Virus record (IMG/VR): IMGVR_UViG_3300044712_002679
Span: 244,406-308,405 of that record
DNA: 64,000 bases
Strand: one strand, 5' to 3'
From: a virus
Shown piece after piece: positions 10,656 to 20,275 of this stretch; position 1 is the stretch's first letter, and each line of letters starts with the position of its first letter. The notes below the pieces were generated by a model. That model searched no databases. It was not told the DNA's origin and worked only from the letters and a program-made list of their open reading frames with translations. The position numbers were made by a program, and so were the translations under genes.

Positions 10656-10702
10656 TTATTAAAAAAATTTGCATAAAAATAATATATGATTATGTTTGTA
10701 TT

Positions 10703-11536
10703 ATGAAAAAAAATAATACAATTGAGAACATCGGTACAATATGTAACGATACTCGTAGTTCCGTAGTAAATACAATTTACTGCACTAAAGATTATTCTAT
10801 GTTTAAAACACAAACAGGGAATAGAAGTAAAAATAACAGACACATTAATGAATTGATAAAATCTATCAATTTAGAAAATTTATTACATGCTCAACCAATA
10901 TGTGTTAATGAAAAATTTGAAATTATTGATGGTCAACATCGTTTTCATGCAGCAAAAGAAATTGGAAGTAAAATTTATTATTATTTAGTAGATGGTTTAG
11001 GTATTAAACAAACTCAACGTCTCAATTCTAATTTAAAAAATTGGAATGCTGATGATTTTATGCATAGTTTTGCAGATAATGGTAACCAAGCGTATATTGC
11101 ATACAGATTATTTCATGAACAAAATTGTGATATTATTGACCACAATTTAGCACAAGTGTTATTAGGTGGGTATAATACATATAATGGTGCATATGGTCAA
11201 TTATTTAAAGATGGAAAATTTGTTGTGAAAGATTGGTCTTTAGCGGTTGACCGAATGGAAAAACTTCGTGATATTCATCATCAACTTTTGGTTATTAAAG
11301 GTATACCAGAACGAAGAGAATGTATGTATGCGTTATTAAATATATTTAAAGATGTAAATTACAATCATTCTAGAATGTTACAAAAACTTGCAATTCATCC
11401 AAAAGACATATTGCGAATTTTGCGTAGACGTAGTGATTTTCTTGTTGAATTATGTGAAATATATAATTATCGTGCGGGTAGCGAAGAAAAAAAGTCAAAT
11501 TTAAATGCTAGATTATTAATGCTAGAAAATATTTAA
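10703..11536 (+). CDS. ParB-like nuclease (ParB N-terminal domain) protein
   Basis: 'PICVNEKFEIIDGQHRFHAAKEIG' resembles the ParB/Srx 'DGHHR' motif region. Confidence 0.45.
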   Translation: MKKNNTIENIGTICNDTRSSVVNTIYCTKDYSMFKTQTGNRSKNNRHINELIKSINLENLLHAQPICVNEKFEIIDGQHRFHAAKEIGSKIYYYLVDGLGIKQTQRLNSNLKNWNADDFMHSFADNGNQAYIAYRLFHEQNCDIIDHNLAQVLLGGYNTYNGAYGQLFKDGKFVVKDWSLAVDRMEKLRDIHHQLLVIKGIPERRECMYALLNIFKDVNYNHSRMLQKLAIHPKDILRILRRRSDFLVELCEIYNYRAGSEEKKSNLNARLLMLENI

Positions 11537-11539
11537 TTT

Positions 11540-11567
11540 AAAATGGGGAATAATTATTCCCCATTTT
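11540..11567. terminator. perfect 14-bp palindrome AAAATGGGGAATAA/TTATTCCCCATTTT between convergent genes
   Basis: Sits exactly between the stop of 10703-11536 (+) and the stop of 11572-12843 (-). Likely a bidirectional 3'-end signal. Confidence 0.55.
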
Positions 11568-11571
11568 AATT

Positions 11572-12843
11572 TTAACTAAAATTTACAATAATTTTATTAC
11601 TTGAAAAACTACCAAGTTTGCAATATACTTCATCACCATCATTTAATGATGATGTTATGAATGTATTTGTTGTACCAACTTGTACTCTTTCATTTACACG
11701 CCATTGGTAAGTATAAGTATCAAAACAAGTGTTTACAGCAACAAATGTAAGTTCATCCCCAAAATATATTGAACCTGTGGGATAACGACTAATTGATAAA
11801 CTTTGTGGAATAATTTGAACCGCTATTTCATTACTTATTGTGGATGTTCCAAATAAAACATCAAAATCATCTTTTATTTCACATATTACCCGATCATCAT
11901 CATTAAATTGATTATATGAAAAAACAGAATTATTTGAACCCACATTTACATTATTAATTTTCCATTGATAAAACATTGGTGCATCGTAACCTACAACATT
12001 AGAAAAGAAATTAACAACTTCACCAAAACAAACAGTATTACCAAATGATCCAATAGATATTGAATTTGCTCCAGGTGTTAGATCAAAATTTAAAATATTT
12101 GTTTCATTTTTTAAAATATTCATAGTAACACTTTTTGTAATATAACCAACCGCTTTGACTTTTATAATATTTGGTCCACTAGGAACAGTAAATGAATATA
12201 AGCCATTTTCATCTGTTGTAGTCCACAATCCTGAACAAAGTACTATTGCACCCTCGATTGGACCAGACCCCGTTGTAATGCCACTAATAATACCAAATTC
12301 ACCGTTAAAGAAATTACAATCATAATATGTGACACCATCTGCTATCGAATTAAAATAATTTCCACCTCTACATGAAACTTTACTTAAAAATTGATTTTCT
12401 ATTACAAATCCTGGTGTAACATCATTATAATATCGGTTTATAACAACTTCATTGTTGTATTTATTGACATATAATACCTTATACCCAAATCCAAATTCAA
12501 GATCAAATGGATCGCTTAAATATGTATCAGAATTTTTATCATATGTATTATCGAGATTAAAAATTCTAAGTAAATCTATATTTGGATCAGCATACGTAAT
12601 ATAAACAATATCATCAATTTCAAAATTACTTTCTACTTCAGTATAAAGTTTAAGATATCCATTCCAATTGGAATAATTACTTAAAATCTTAACTGAATTT
12701 TTAATGTTTATATAATCATTTGTTTTTTGTGCAATTTGTTGTTGGATTAATTCCATATTCCCATTTATAGAACTAGATACATTAGATGATGTTGCACTAA
12801 TTGAAGTTGTATTTTTTGGACTTGGTATTTTTATTGTTGGCAC
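11572..12843 (-). CDS. structural or adhesin-like protein with a carboxypeptidase-regulatory-like beta-sandwich domain and Ig-like repeats
   Basis: 'GAIVLCSGLWTTTDENGLYSFTVPSGPNIIKVKAVGY' is the CarboxypepD_reg signature. The C-terminal half has repeated 'Y.W..N...VG' units. Confidence 0.5.
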   Translation of the reverse strand: MPTIKIPSPKNTTSISATSSNVSSSINGNMELIQQQIAQKTNDYINIKNSVKILSNYSNWNGYLKLYTEVESNFEIDDIVYITYADPNIDLLRIFNLDNTYDKNSDTYLSDPFDLEFGFGYKVLYVNKYNNEVVINRYYNDVTPGFVIENQFLSKVSCRGGNYFNSIADGVTYYDCNFFNGEFGIISGITTGSGPIEGAIVLCSGLWTTTDENGLYSFTVPSGPNIIKVKAVGYITKSVTMNILKNETNILNFDLTPGANSISIGSFGNTVCFGEVVNFFSNVVGYDAPMFYQWKINNVNVGSNNSVFSYNQFNDDDRVICEIKDDFDVLFGTSTISNEIAVQIIPQSLSISRYPTGSIYFGDELTFVAVNTCFDTYTYQWRVNERVQVGTTNTFITSSLNDGDEVYCKLGSFSSNKIIVNFS

Positions 12844-12882
12844 GGTAAATTATTATTTTTCATATATATAAAATTGGTGTGT

Positions 12883-13254
12883 TTATATGACATTATATTT
12901 TATCATATTCATATATAATTTTGGATTTTCCATATATGTTAATAAGTCTTGAACATCTTTATATCTTAATTGATATTTTTGATTATTACCTGACTTTATA
13001 TTAAAATATGGATGATTATCTAAAATATAAAAATCAAAATCTATAATCCAACCATATAATTTATATTTTTCAGCAAAATAATATTTCTTTAATTCATGAT
13101 ATTCTCTAATAATATTTAAAATATTATTTTTTTTATCATCTAATCGTTTTTCTGAATTATTTTTATCAGTATAATAATCATTAATTGAACTATTTTGATA
13201 CAATTTTATAATTTTATCACTTTCAACAGATTCGTTAAATTTTTCGATTTTCAT
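12883..13254 (-). CDS. small protein of the KYN[IV]-terminus paralogue family
   Basis: Ends '...NMIKYNVI'. Adjacent to 13255-13536, which has a like ending. Confidence 0.35.
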   Translation of the reverse strand: MKIEKFNESVESDKIIKLYQNSSINDYYTDKNNSEKRLDDKKNNILNIIREYHELKKYYFAEKYKLYGWIIDFDFYILDNHPYFNIKSGNNQKYQLRYKDVQDLLTYMENPKLYMNMIKYNVI

Positions 13255-13536
13255 TTAAATTACATTATATTTTTTTGCTTTTTTTGCTGCCAATATTTTA
13301 TCAATATCATTAATATTATCATATATATCTTTAGGAACATTAAAAATATAACTTCCACATCTTACTAATGTTGCGTTTTTTCCATATGTTTGTTTTTTCA
13401 TACCTGAAATACTACCAGATGCTGAAAAATTTGGATATTGATGAATATCAATTTTATCACCATCTGCTACTGAACATCGCTTAACAGCATATTCAAATAA
13501 TTTATCAAAACTTTGTAAATATTTCATAATTACCAT
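13255..13536 (-). CDS. small protein of the MKY.K..E / KKYN[IV] paralogue family
   Basis: Internal start 'MKYLQSFDKLFE'. Ends 'AKKAKKYNVI'. Confidence 0.35.
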   Translation of the reverse strand: MVIMKYLQSFDKLFEYAVKRCSVADGDKIDIHQYPNFSASGSISGMKKQTYGKNATLVRCGSYIFNVPKDIYDNINDIDKILAAKKAKKYNVI

Positions 13537-14843
13537 CTTTTTTTATTGTCATCTGCACTAAAATTTGAAATTTTATTGATGTTTTTTTCGTTTGGAAGTG
13601 GATCAAAATGATATTCTTTTTTTATTTCATTTCTAGTGTGTCCCCATCTTGAATCATCCCCTTTATCATTTTTGACTGAATATAATATACCACCACGATC
13701 ATTTGTGTGCCAAACATAATATGCATTAATATGCCACAATACACCATTATCATCTAGCATATCATAAAATGCTTGTTTATTATCATGCGAAAAAGAATCT
13801 ACACATAGCGGATTATTATCAGCAATTAAATAATCTTCATCAGTAATTATAATATCATCTTTTGTGAATTTATAATTTTTTGGAATTACAATGATATATT
13901 CTTTTTCTTTTTTATTGCTTACATAATCTTCTTGATTAAATAACTCTTCTGTTAATTCAGATGATATTATATTCACTTTATCCGATTCAACACGAATAAT
14001 AAACCCATCTTTATTTGAAAAATATTTAGCAATTGGTAAACTAGATGTAAATGATAAGAATTTACCATCTGTTAATTTGTGCAAACCATTTTTTAAAATA
14101 TAATCAAAAACTAAATCATAACGAAGTTTTACAGTTTTACTATTTTTCATTTTTGTTTCAGTTGCCAATTTATTTAATTCTTCAAATTCTTTACCAAGTA
14201 CTTTTTTTGCTTTATCATACATCACACCTCTTATTCCACGATATAAATATTTTGGGATTTTTAATTTTTCTTTTTTTAATTTGTAATGGTTATAGAAACC
14301 ATATAACCAAATGTATTTAATTATATCATTTACTTTTTTTATTCCATCTTCTGTTTTTGTGGTTAACGCATTAACACCACCAAATGTAACAAATCGTGAA
14401 TCTACTTTTTTATCTGTATTTATTATTGGTTCTAAATCAGAATTTTTACGCAATATATTTAAACCATTTGCTGAATTAAAATTACCAAAAATATTTGTCC
14501 CTTGATATCCTTGTGAGGACAATATTAAAAATTGTGTTTGTGTTTTTAAATCTGGAAATATATTTGATCCGGTTTTAGGTATTTTATGTCCAATTTCTGC
14601 AATTGAATGTAAAATACTTTTTGACACAGAATCTTTCCAATTAAATATCATATTATCTTTAATTTTATGGTATATGTTTAAATCCATATCCATTAATAAA
14701 ACTAAATCATCAATATTTTTAAATCCAGTTAAGATTGCATTTTTCAATTTTAATTTAAAATCAGACCAATCAGTATATTGTATATTGTCTTTAAAATTAC
14801 CAAATTTTGATTCATTATAATGACTAAATTTTAATATCATCAA
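13530..14843 (-). CDS. putative mono-ADP-ribosyltransferase (R-S-E clade), fused to an uncharacterised C-terminal domain
   Basis: Ordered motifs are 'KYLYRGIRG' (aromatic-Arg), 'FLSFTSSLP' (STS-like) and 'EKEYIIVIP' (E-x-E followed by a hydrophobic strand, cf. Vip2 'EKEVLL'). The spacings are compatible with an ART fold. Confidence 0.4.
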   Translation of the reverse strand: MMILKFSHYNESKFGNFKDNIQYTDWSDFKLKLKNAILTGFKNIDDLVLLMDMDLNIYHKIKDNMIFNWKDSVSKSILHSIAEIGHKIPKTGSNIFPDLKTQTQFLILSSQGYQGTNIFGNFNSANGLNILRKNSDLEPIINTDKKVDSRFVTFGGVNALTTKTEDGIKKVNDIIKYIWLYGFYNHYKLKKEKLKIPKYLYRGIRGVMYDKAKKVLGKEFEELNKLATETKMKNSKTVKLRYDLVFDYILKNGLHKLTDGKFLSFTSSLPIAKYFSNKDGFIIRVESDKVNIISSELTEELFNQEDYVSNKKEKEYIIVIPKNYKFTKDDIIITDEDYLIADNNPLCVDSFSHDNKQAFYDMLDDNGVLWHINAYYVWHTNDRGGILYSVKNDKGDDSRWGHTRNEIKKEYHFDPLPNEKNINKISNFSADDNKKRW

Positions 14844-14986
14844 CTAATTATTTTTTTCATTATATATAAAAAATATAAATAAAGAAAAAACAAATGAATG
14901 TTTTAAGTTTTATTTGATGGTAATGGCTATACCATCATCATTAAAAAACTTTTAAAAAATTTTTATATATAAAAGAAAAAATAATT

Positions 14987-15340
14987 ATGAAAAATATTAA
15001 AAGTATAAATGAATTTTTGAATGAAGATATTGATAAATTTGATTTTGATCATGATTTTTCTGAAGAAGAATTGAACCAACTTGAAGATGATGTTAAAGAT
15101 ATTACAATAGAAATCACAAAAGATGATATGGATGAATATTCTGTTAATTATCAAATAGATAATATAGAAATAGAAGGTAAATTAATATCATATAATAGTG
15201 GTAGAGCTAAAGAATATAAATTTGAACCATCATTTATTGATGATGAAACAGAAGAATATTATGATGAAAATTGGGAAGATATTGAAGAAGAAATTTTAGC
15301 ATATTTTTGGGAAAATAAAAAAGAAATTGATAGTAAGTAA
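14987..15340 (+). CDS. hypothetical highly acidic protein
   Basis: The ORF is about 35% D/E. Confidence 0.35.
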   Translation: MKNIKSINEFLNEDIDKFDFDHDFSEEELNQLEDDVKDITIEITKDDMDEYSVNYQIDNIEIEGKLISYNSGRAKEYKFEPSFIDDETEEYYDENWEDIEEEILAYFWENKKEIDSK

Positions 15341-15361
15341 ATAATTTTTAAAAAATAATTA

Positions 15362-16246
15362 ATGAACATATTAAGTTTATTTGATGGGATGTCTTGTGGA
15401 CAAATCGCATTAAATCGAGTTGGAATTAAATATGATAAATATTTTGCATCTGAAATAGATGAAAATGGAATTCAAGTAACAATGGATAATTATCCAAACA
15501 CCACACAATTAGGTGATGTTACAAAAATAATTAGTTCAAATTTACCACAAATTGATCTTTTAATTGGTGGATCACCTTGTCAAGGGTTTTCTTTTGCTGG
15601 AAAACAATTAAATTTTAATGATCCTAGAAGTGTGTTATTTTTTGAATTTGTTCGGTTGAAGAATGAATGCAAACCTAAATATTTTCTTCTAGAAAATGTT
15701 AAAATGCGAAAAGATTTCCAAGATATTATAAGCGGTTATCTTGGTGTTGAACCAATTGAAATAAATAGTTCAACAGTTTCTGCCCAAGATCGAAAAAGAT
15801 TATATTGGACAAACATTCCAAATATTACACAACCAACAAACAAAAATATTTATCTTAAAGATGTTTTAGATATTTTTGTTGATGATAGCTTATTTTTATC
15901 TGATACAATAGCATCAAGGTATTTTACTGTGCCATGCACTATAAATAAAAATAAATCATGTGTTATTGGAAAATTGTCTAATCATCAGGGTGATAGAATA
16001 TTCGATATTAATTGTAAAGGTAGTTCACTAAGTGCTAGTGGTGGCAATAATGGTGCAGGTGGTTGTAATATTATACACGACCCAACTACAAATAAATTAA
16101 GAAAATTAAGTGTATCAGAATGTGAACGTTTACAAACTGTGCCTGAAAATTATACAAAATTAGCAAAAAAGACACAACGGTATAAAATGCTTGGCAATGG
16201 TTGGACAGTTGATGTTATTTCACATATATTTAAAAATATAATTTAA
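15362..16246 (+). CDS. DNA (cytosine-5)-methyltransferase
   Basis: N-terminal 'LSLFDGMSCG' is motif I (FxGxG). 'GGSPCQGFSFAGK' is the catalytic PCQ motif IV. 'ENV' is motif VI. C-terminal 'GNGWTV' is motif X. Confidence 0.85.
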   Translation: MNILSLFDGMSCGQIALNRVGIKYDKYFASEIDENGIQVTMDNYPNTTQLGDVTKIISSNLPQIDLLIGGSPCQGFSFAGKQLNFNDPRSVLFFEFVRLKNECKPKYFLLENVKMRKDFQDIISGYLGVEPIEINSSTVSAQDRKRLYWTNIPNITQPTNKNIYLKDVLDIFVDDSLFLSDTIASRYFTVPCTINKNKSCVIGKLSNHQGDRIFDINCKGSSLSASGGNNGAGGCNIIHDPTTNKLRKLSVSECERLQTVPENYTKLAKKTQRYKMLGNGWTVDVISHIFKNII

Positions 16247-17154
16247 TGAATGTATTAAGTCTCTTTGACGGAATGTCCTGTGGACAAATCGCACTAAATA
16301 GAATTGGTATCAAATATGATAAGTATTATGCATCAGAAATTGATAAACATGCTATTAATGTAACACAAACACATTTTCCAAATACGATACAATTGGGTGA
16401 TATTACACAAATCAAAAAATTAGATTTACCACAAATAGATTTAATGATGGGTGGATCACCATGTCAAGGTTTTTCGTTTTCTGGTAAACAATTAAATTTC
16501 AATGATCCAAGAAGTAAATTATTTTTTGAATTTGTTAGATTAAAAGATGAAATTAATCCTAAATATTGGTTATTGGAAAATGTAGTAATGAAAAAAGAAT
16601 ATGAAAATATCATTTCACAATATTTGGGTGTTGAACCAATAAAAATAAATAGTAGTTTAGTATCTGCACAAAATAGAGAAAGATTATATTGGTCAAATTT
16701 AAAAATAATTCAACCAACAGACAAAAACATAAATCTTGATGATATTTTAGAATATGATGATCAAATAAATCCTGGTGCTATTCGTGGACGAAAATTAAAC
16801 AAAGCTACAATTATTGGAAGACGATTAAATGATCGTGGTGTAAGAGATGATTATAATAAAGATATTCCTATTACACAATGTTTAGAAGTAAGGGCTACTA
16901 ACACCAATAAAAGTAATTGTCTAACAACCGTTGAAAAAGATAATGTATTAACTACAATGCCTATTGGAAGACATCCTGATGCGTTTATTAATAAATTACC
17001 ATTTAGATATTATACATTAAAAGAATACTGTAGATTACAAACCGTACCTGATGATTATTTTGATGGTATAGTATCAACAAATCAAGCAAAAAAAATGATT
17101 GGTAATGGTTGGACAGTTGATGTCATTGCACACATTTTGAAAAATATTAAATAA
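16246..17154 (+). CDS. DNA (cytosine-5)-methyltransferase, tandem paralogue of 15362-16246
   Basis: Motifs I, IV, VI and X are the same. The N-terminal half is about 75% identical. The target-recognition region differs. Its ATG overlaps the upstream stop (TAATG). Confidence 0.85.
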   Translation: MNVLSLFDGMSCGQIALNRIGIKYDKYYASEIDKHAINVTQTHFPNTIQLGDITQIKKLDLPQIDLMMGGSPCQGFSFSGKQLNFNDPRSKLFFEFVRLKDEINPKYWLLENVVMKKEYENIISQYLGVEPIKINSSLVSAQNRERLYWSNLKIIQPTDKNINLDDILEYDDQINPGAIRGRKLNKATIIGRRLNDRGVRDDYNKDIPITQCLEVRATNTNKSNCLTTVEKDNVLTTMPIGRHPDAFINKLPFRYYTLKEYCRLQTVPDDYFDGIVSTNQAKKMIGNGWTVDVIAHILKNIK

Positions 17155-17156
17155 TA

Positions 17157-17279
17157 TGGAAGTTTTTTGGTTTTTTATCATTGGTCTTTTTTTAGGATGG
17201 TTGTTTGTTGGATGTCCCACATTTAGACCAAGTAGATATGACAGAAAAAGATGGAATAAAAAAAGATGGAAGCCTTGAT
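17157..17279 (+). CDS. possible 40-aa single-pass membrane micro-protein (MEVFWFFIIGLFLGWLFVGCPTF...)
   Basis: ORF immediately after the second MTase. Hydrophobic helix followed by a basic tail. Below the ORF-track cutoff. Confidence 0.2.
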
Positions 17280-17292
17280 AAAGTCTTAATAT

Positions 17293-17835
17293 TTAATATC
17301 TTTCTGGATATTTAATATAACTTTGTAATTCTCGCCAATCTATATCATCTATACCTTGATATCCTTTATTAATAAAATATTGATTAACTTCATCTTGGCT
17401 TAAATCTTTAATGTCATTAACAATATTATTAATATATCTTTTTGAAACATATTCTTTTCTTCGTATAACTGGCATTTTTTTAATGCCCATTTTCAACATT
17501 GCAATCGCTCGATGTCTACCTTCTTGTGCTGAACTATTTACTGTATAATAACAAATAGGAAATTTGTCACCTTTTTTAAAATCTTCCACATATTTATCTA
17601 CCAATTTATTATTAACTACATTTAATTCGAATTCATATGATTGCTTAAATCCTTTAGCTACTTGTTGAATATATTCTTTAGGACTAATAAAAATTAATTC
17701 TTCGACAGTTTTTTTCCATAATAAAGAATATAGTGGATTTTCATATGCCGGATAATATCTATACAGACTTTTCATATCAAAATACTGACAGCCGTCACAT
17801 ATATTATATTCATTAAATTCCAACAAATGATTCAT
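17293..17835 (-). CDS. ParB/Srx-like domain protein
   Basis: 'NSSAQEGRHRAIAMLKMG' resembles the ParB 'GxRRxxA' box. Confidence 0.3.
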   Translation of the reverse strand: MNHLLEFNEYNICDGCQYFDMKSLYRYYPAYENPLYSLLWKKTVEELIFISPKEYIQQVAKGFKQSYEFELNVVNNKLVDKYVEDFKKGDKFPICYYTVNSSAQEGRHRAIAMLKMGIKKMPVIRRKEYVSKRYINNIVNDIKDLSQDEVNQYFINKGYQGIDDIDWRELQSYIKYPERY

Positions 17836-17848
17836 ATAATATATATAA

Positions 17849-18271
17849 TTATTTTAAAACTAAATTTAGAAGTCTTCCTAATGATAAATAAAAATGTGTG
17901 TTTATTTCAGAAAAATCAATCCATTTATAACCAACCACTTCAGGACACATATTTCCAAAATTATCAGTAAACATAGAATCACAATGTAATTTAGTCAAAT
18001 CTTCAATATTATAATAACACTTAAATAAATGTAAATTCTTTTTTGAATTATAATTGAAATGACCCAAATCTTCAATTTTTTCTTTACTTAAATTCAATCC
18101 AGTTTCTTCAAAAGTTTCTCGAATTGCTGCGTGATATGGAGTTTCATTAAGATTTAAACCACCCTTTGGAATATCGTAGCTAAGTTCATTTTCTTTTTTT
18201 CCATATGCTTTACAACCAAGTATCTTATTGTCTGAATTAATGATAATTATTCCACAACTAAGACTTTTCAT
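17849..18271 (-). CDS. Nudix hydrolase
   Basis: Nudix box 'GGLNLNETPYHAAIRETFEETGL' (GX5EX7REUXEEXGU). Confidence 0.8.
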   Translation of the reverse strand: MKSLSCGIIIINSDNKILGCKAYGKKENELSYDIPKGGLNLNETPYHAAIRETFEETGLNLSKEKIEDLGHFNYNSKKNLHLFKCYYNIEDLTKLHCDSMFTDNFGNMCPEVVGYKWIDFSEINTHFYLSLGRLLNLVLK

Positions 18272-18468
18272 AACCTATTAGCTAATGCTATAAATAATAA
18301 TACAGAAGATATTACACACATTACAATTCCCCAAGGTGTTGAAATTGACCAAGATAATAATGTCACTAATGATCCAGATACTAAGATATTACTGTCATTT
18401 TGACTTATAATTGATAATATATCATCAATATATAAGATGTAAGCTAAAATTAATATTATTATTGTCAT
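18268..18468 (-). CDS. small membrane protein
   Basis: Two predicted TM helices. The ATG overlaps the downstream gene. Confidence 0.35.
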   Translation of the reverse strand: MTIIILILAYILYIDDILSIISQNDSNILVSGSLVTLLSWSISTPWGIVMCVISSVLLFIALANRL

Positions 18469-18475
18469 AATATAA

Positions 18476-19183
18476 TTATTTTATTTTATTTTTTAATTCG
18501 TTTGGTATAATTTTTTTATTCATCCAATGTTCATCTGTTGTTACGTGACCTGGACGTACAAATTTTGCAACAGATTTACCAAAATCTTTAAAATCAAATT
18601 CATTCGCAAGTCTTATAACATAACCTTCTTGTTTTTCAGTGTCAAATGTATAATTTCTTAAAAATTGTTCATCAAATATACCTCGCCAAATAATTGGCAC
18701 ATGGCATAATCCTAATAGATTACACCAATCAACAGTATCATCCCAAGATAAACATTTATTATTTTCATCCCATATCGAAAATACTTCAAAATATGATTCC
18801 AAGTTATTGTAGTGAATACTATGTTCTGCAAATAATCCTTCACCACAAATTCTCCACCCATCAGGAATTTCGTAATTAAATGTTGACCAAAATCCTTTTA
18901 ACCAATGTCTAGAAATATGATCAACACTATCTAATGAACGAGCATATATACAATCACGCATTAGATTTGAATTTTCACCATCACGTTTTTCTGTCATAAC
19001 AATTTCTTTTCCAATGAAATGATCAATGGATTTTAATATTTTGTCATCTGATTGGCAACCTTTAGACCAAGGAAAATGGTATGTACGTGGATATTTCACT
19101 TTCATAATTGTATATTTAGTCAATACAAAGATATTAATATTTTCATTAAAAACAAATTTAGCAAAAACATTTATGCTAGTCAT
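18476..19183 (-). CDS. ATP-dependent RNA ligase-like nucleotidyltransferase
   Basis: 'KYPRTYHF' N-terminal signature, and 'EKRDGEN' as ligase motif I (KxDG). The true start may be the internal Met at 19105. Confidence 0.4.
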   Translation of the reverse strand: MTSINVFAKFVFNENINIFVLTKYTIMKVKYPRTYHFPWSKGCQSDDKILKSIDHFIGKEIVMTEKRDGENSNLMRDCIYARSLDSVDHISRHWLKGFWSTFNYEIPDGWRICGEGLFAEHSIHYNNLESYFEVFSIWDENNKCLSWDDTVDWCNLLGLCHVPIIWRGIFDEQFLRNYTFDTEKQEGYVIRLANEFDFKDFGKSVAKFVRPGHVTTDEHWMNKKIIPNELKNKIK

Positions 19184-19228
19184 AAAAAACTCATATTATT
19201 TTTTTTATATATAATTAAAAAAAATAAT

Positions 19229-20275
19229 ATGAAAAAATGTTTTTTATGTAATAAAGATTTGAAACAAAGTGAAAGTTCGCATATGAAAAAATGTGCAAAA
19301 AGTTTTAATATTGAATTTAATAAAGATTTATTAAAATATAATCAAATTCAATTTGAATATTTGGACATTTTAGATTGTTCATCTGATAATATTAACAAAT
19401 TAATAAATGAAAATGGATTAGTTTTAACTGATTTTATAAAAATATATAATTTAAAAAAATCACATTATTATTTTTTGATAAAATATCATAATATAAATAT
19501 AGATGAAAAAAAATATAAAAAAAATGTTACCGAAAATCGTAAAAAAACTACATTTGAAAAATATGGTGTTGATTCTATTAATAATGTGTTAGAAATTAAA
19601 CTTAAAAAAATGAAAACCAGTATTAAAAATTATGGTGTTGATAATCCATCAAAAAATATTGATGTGATAAATAAAATAAAAAAAACTAAAATAGATAAAT
19701 ATGATGGTTATCCAAATCCATTTAAAAATAAATCTGAAGATGAAATAAAGAAAATAATGAATTTTTGTCATCAAGGATTTAAAAATATGTATAATAATTT
19801 ATCTGAACAAGATAAGAAAATAATGATTGATAATTTACATATTGGTAGAAAAAAATGGTGGAATTCGTTATCGGAAGATGAAAAACATCAAATAATAAAT
19901 AATAGAACAAGTTTTAAGATGTCTAAAATAGAAAAAAGAATACTTGATATTTTAGACTATATGCAAATAAAATATATTTATCAATTTTGGGTTAATCGTT
20001 TATCATATGATTTTAAAATATTAAATACAAATGTCATAATTGAAGTAAATGGTGATTATTGGCACGCAAATCCCATACTATATCATAAAGATCAAATTAT
20101 TAAGTATCCTAATAATGTAAAAATAACAGCATCAGAAATATGGTATAAAGATTTTTTAAAAAAAGAAGTAGCATTAAAATATGGTTATAAGATATTATAT
20201 ATTTGGGAAAATGATATGAAAACATATTCAGATGTCGATTTAATTAATATTATTAATAATCAATTAATTCTTTGA
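19229..20275 (+). CDS. Zn-finger protein with a C-terminal Vsr-like / DUF559-type PD-(D/E)xK endonuclease domain
   Basis: The start is reassigned to 19229, because the 19052 start overlaps the divergent gene. 'EVNGDYWHANP...ALKYGYKILYIWEND' parallels Vsr 'VDGCFWH...GWRVLIVWE'. The N-terminus has 'CFLCNKD...HMKKC'. Confidence 0.5.
   Translation: MKKCFLCNKDLKQSESSHMKKCAKSFNIEFNKDLLKYNQIQFEYLDILDCSSDNINKLINENGLVLTDFIKIYNLKKSHYYFLIKYHNINIDEKKYKKNVTENRKKTTFEKYGVDSINNVLEIKLKKMKTSIKNYGVDNPSKNIDVINKIKKTKIDKYDGYPNPFKNKSEDEIKKIMNFCHQGFKNMYNNLSEQDKKIMIDNLHIGRKKWWNSLSEDEKHQIINNRTSFKMSKIEKRILDILDYMQIKYIYQFWVNRLSYDFKILNTNVIIEVNGDYWHANPILYHKDQIIKYPNNVKITASEIWYKDFLKKEVALKYGYKILYIWENDMKTYSDVDLINIINNQLIL

Noticed and set aside
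14051-14505. ORFs 14051-14320 and 14311-14505 (+)
   Set aside because: Antisense inside the 437-aa ART-like gene. Hydrophobic low-complexity translations.
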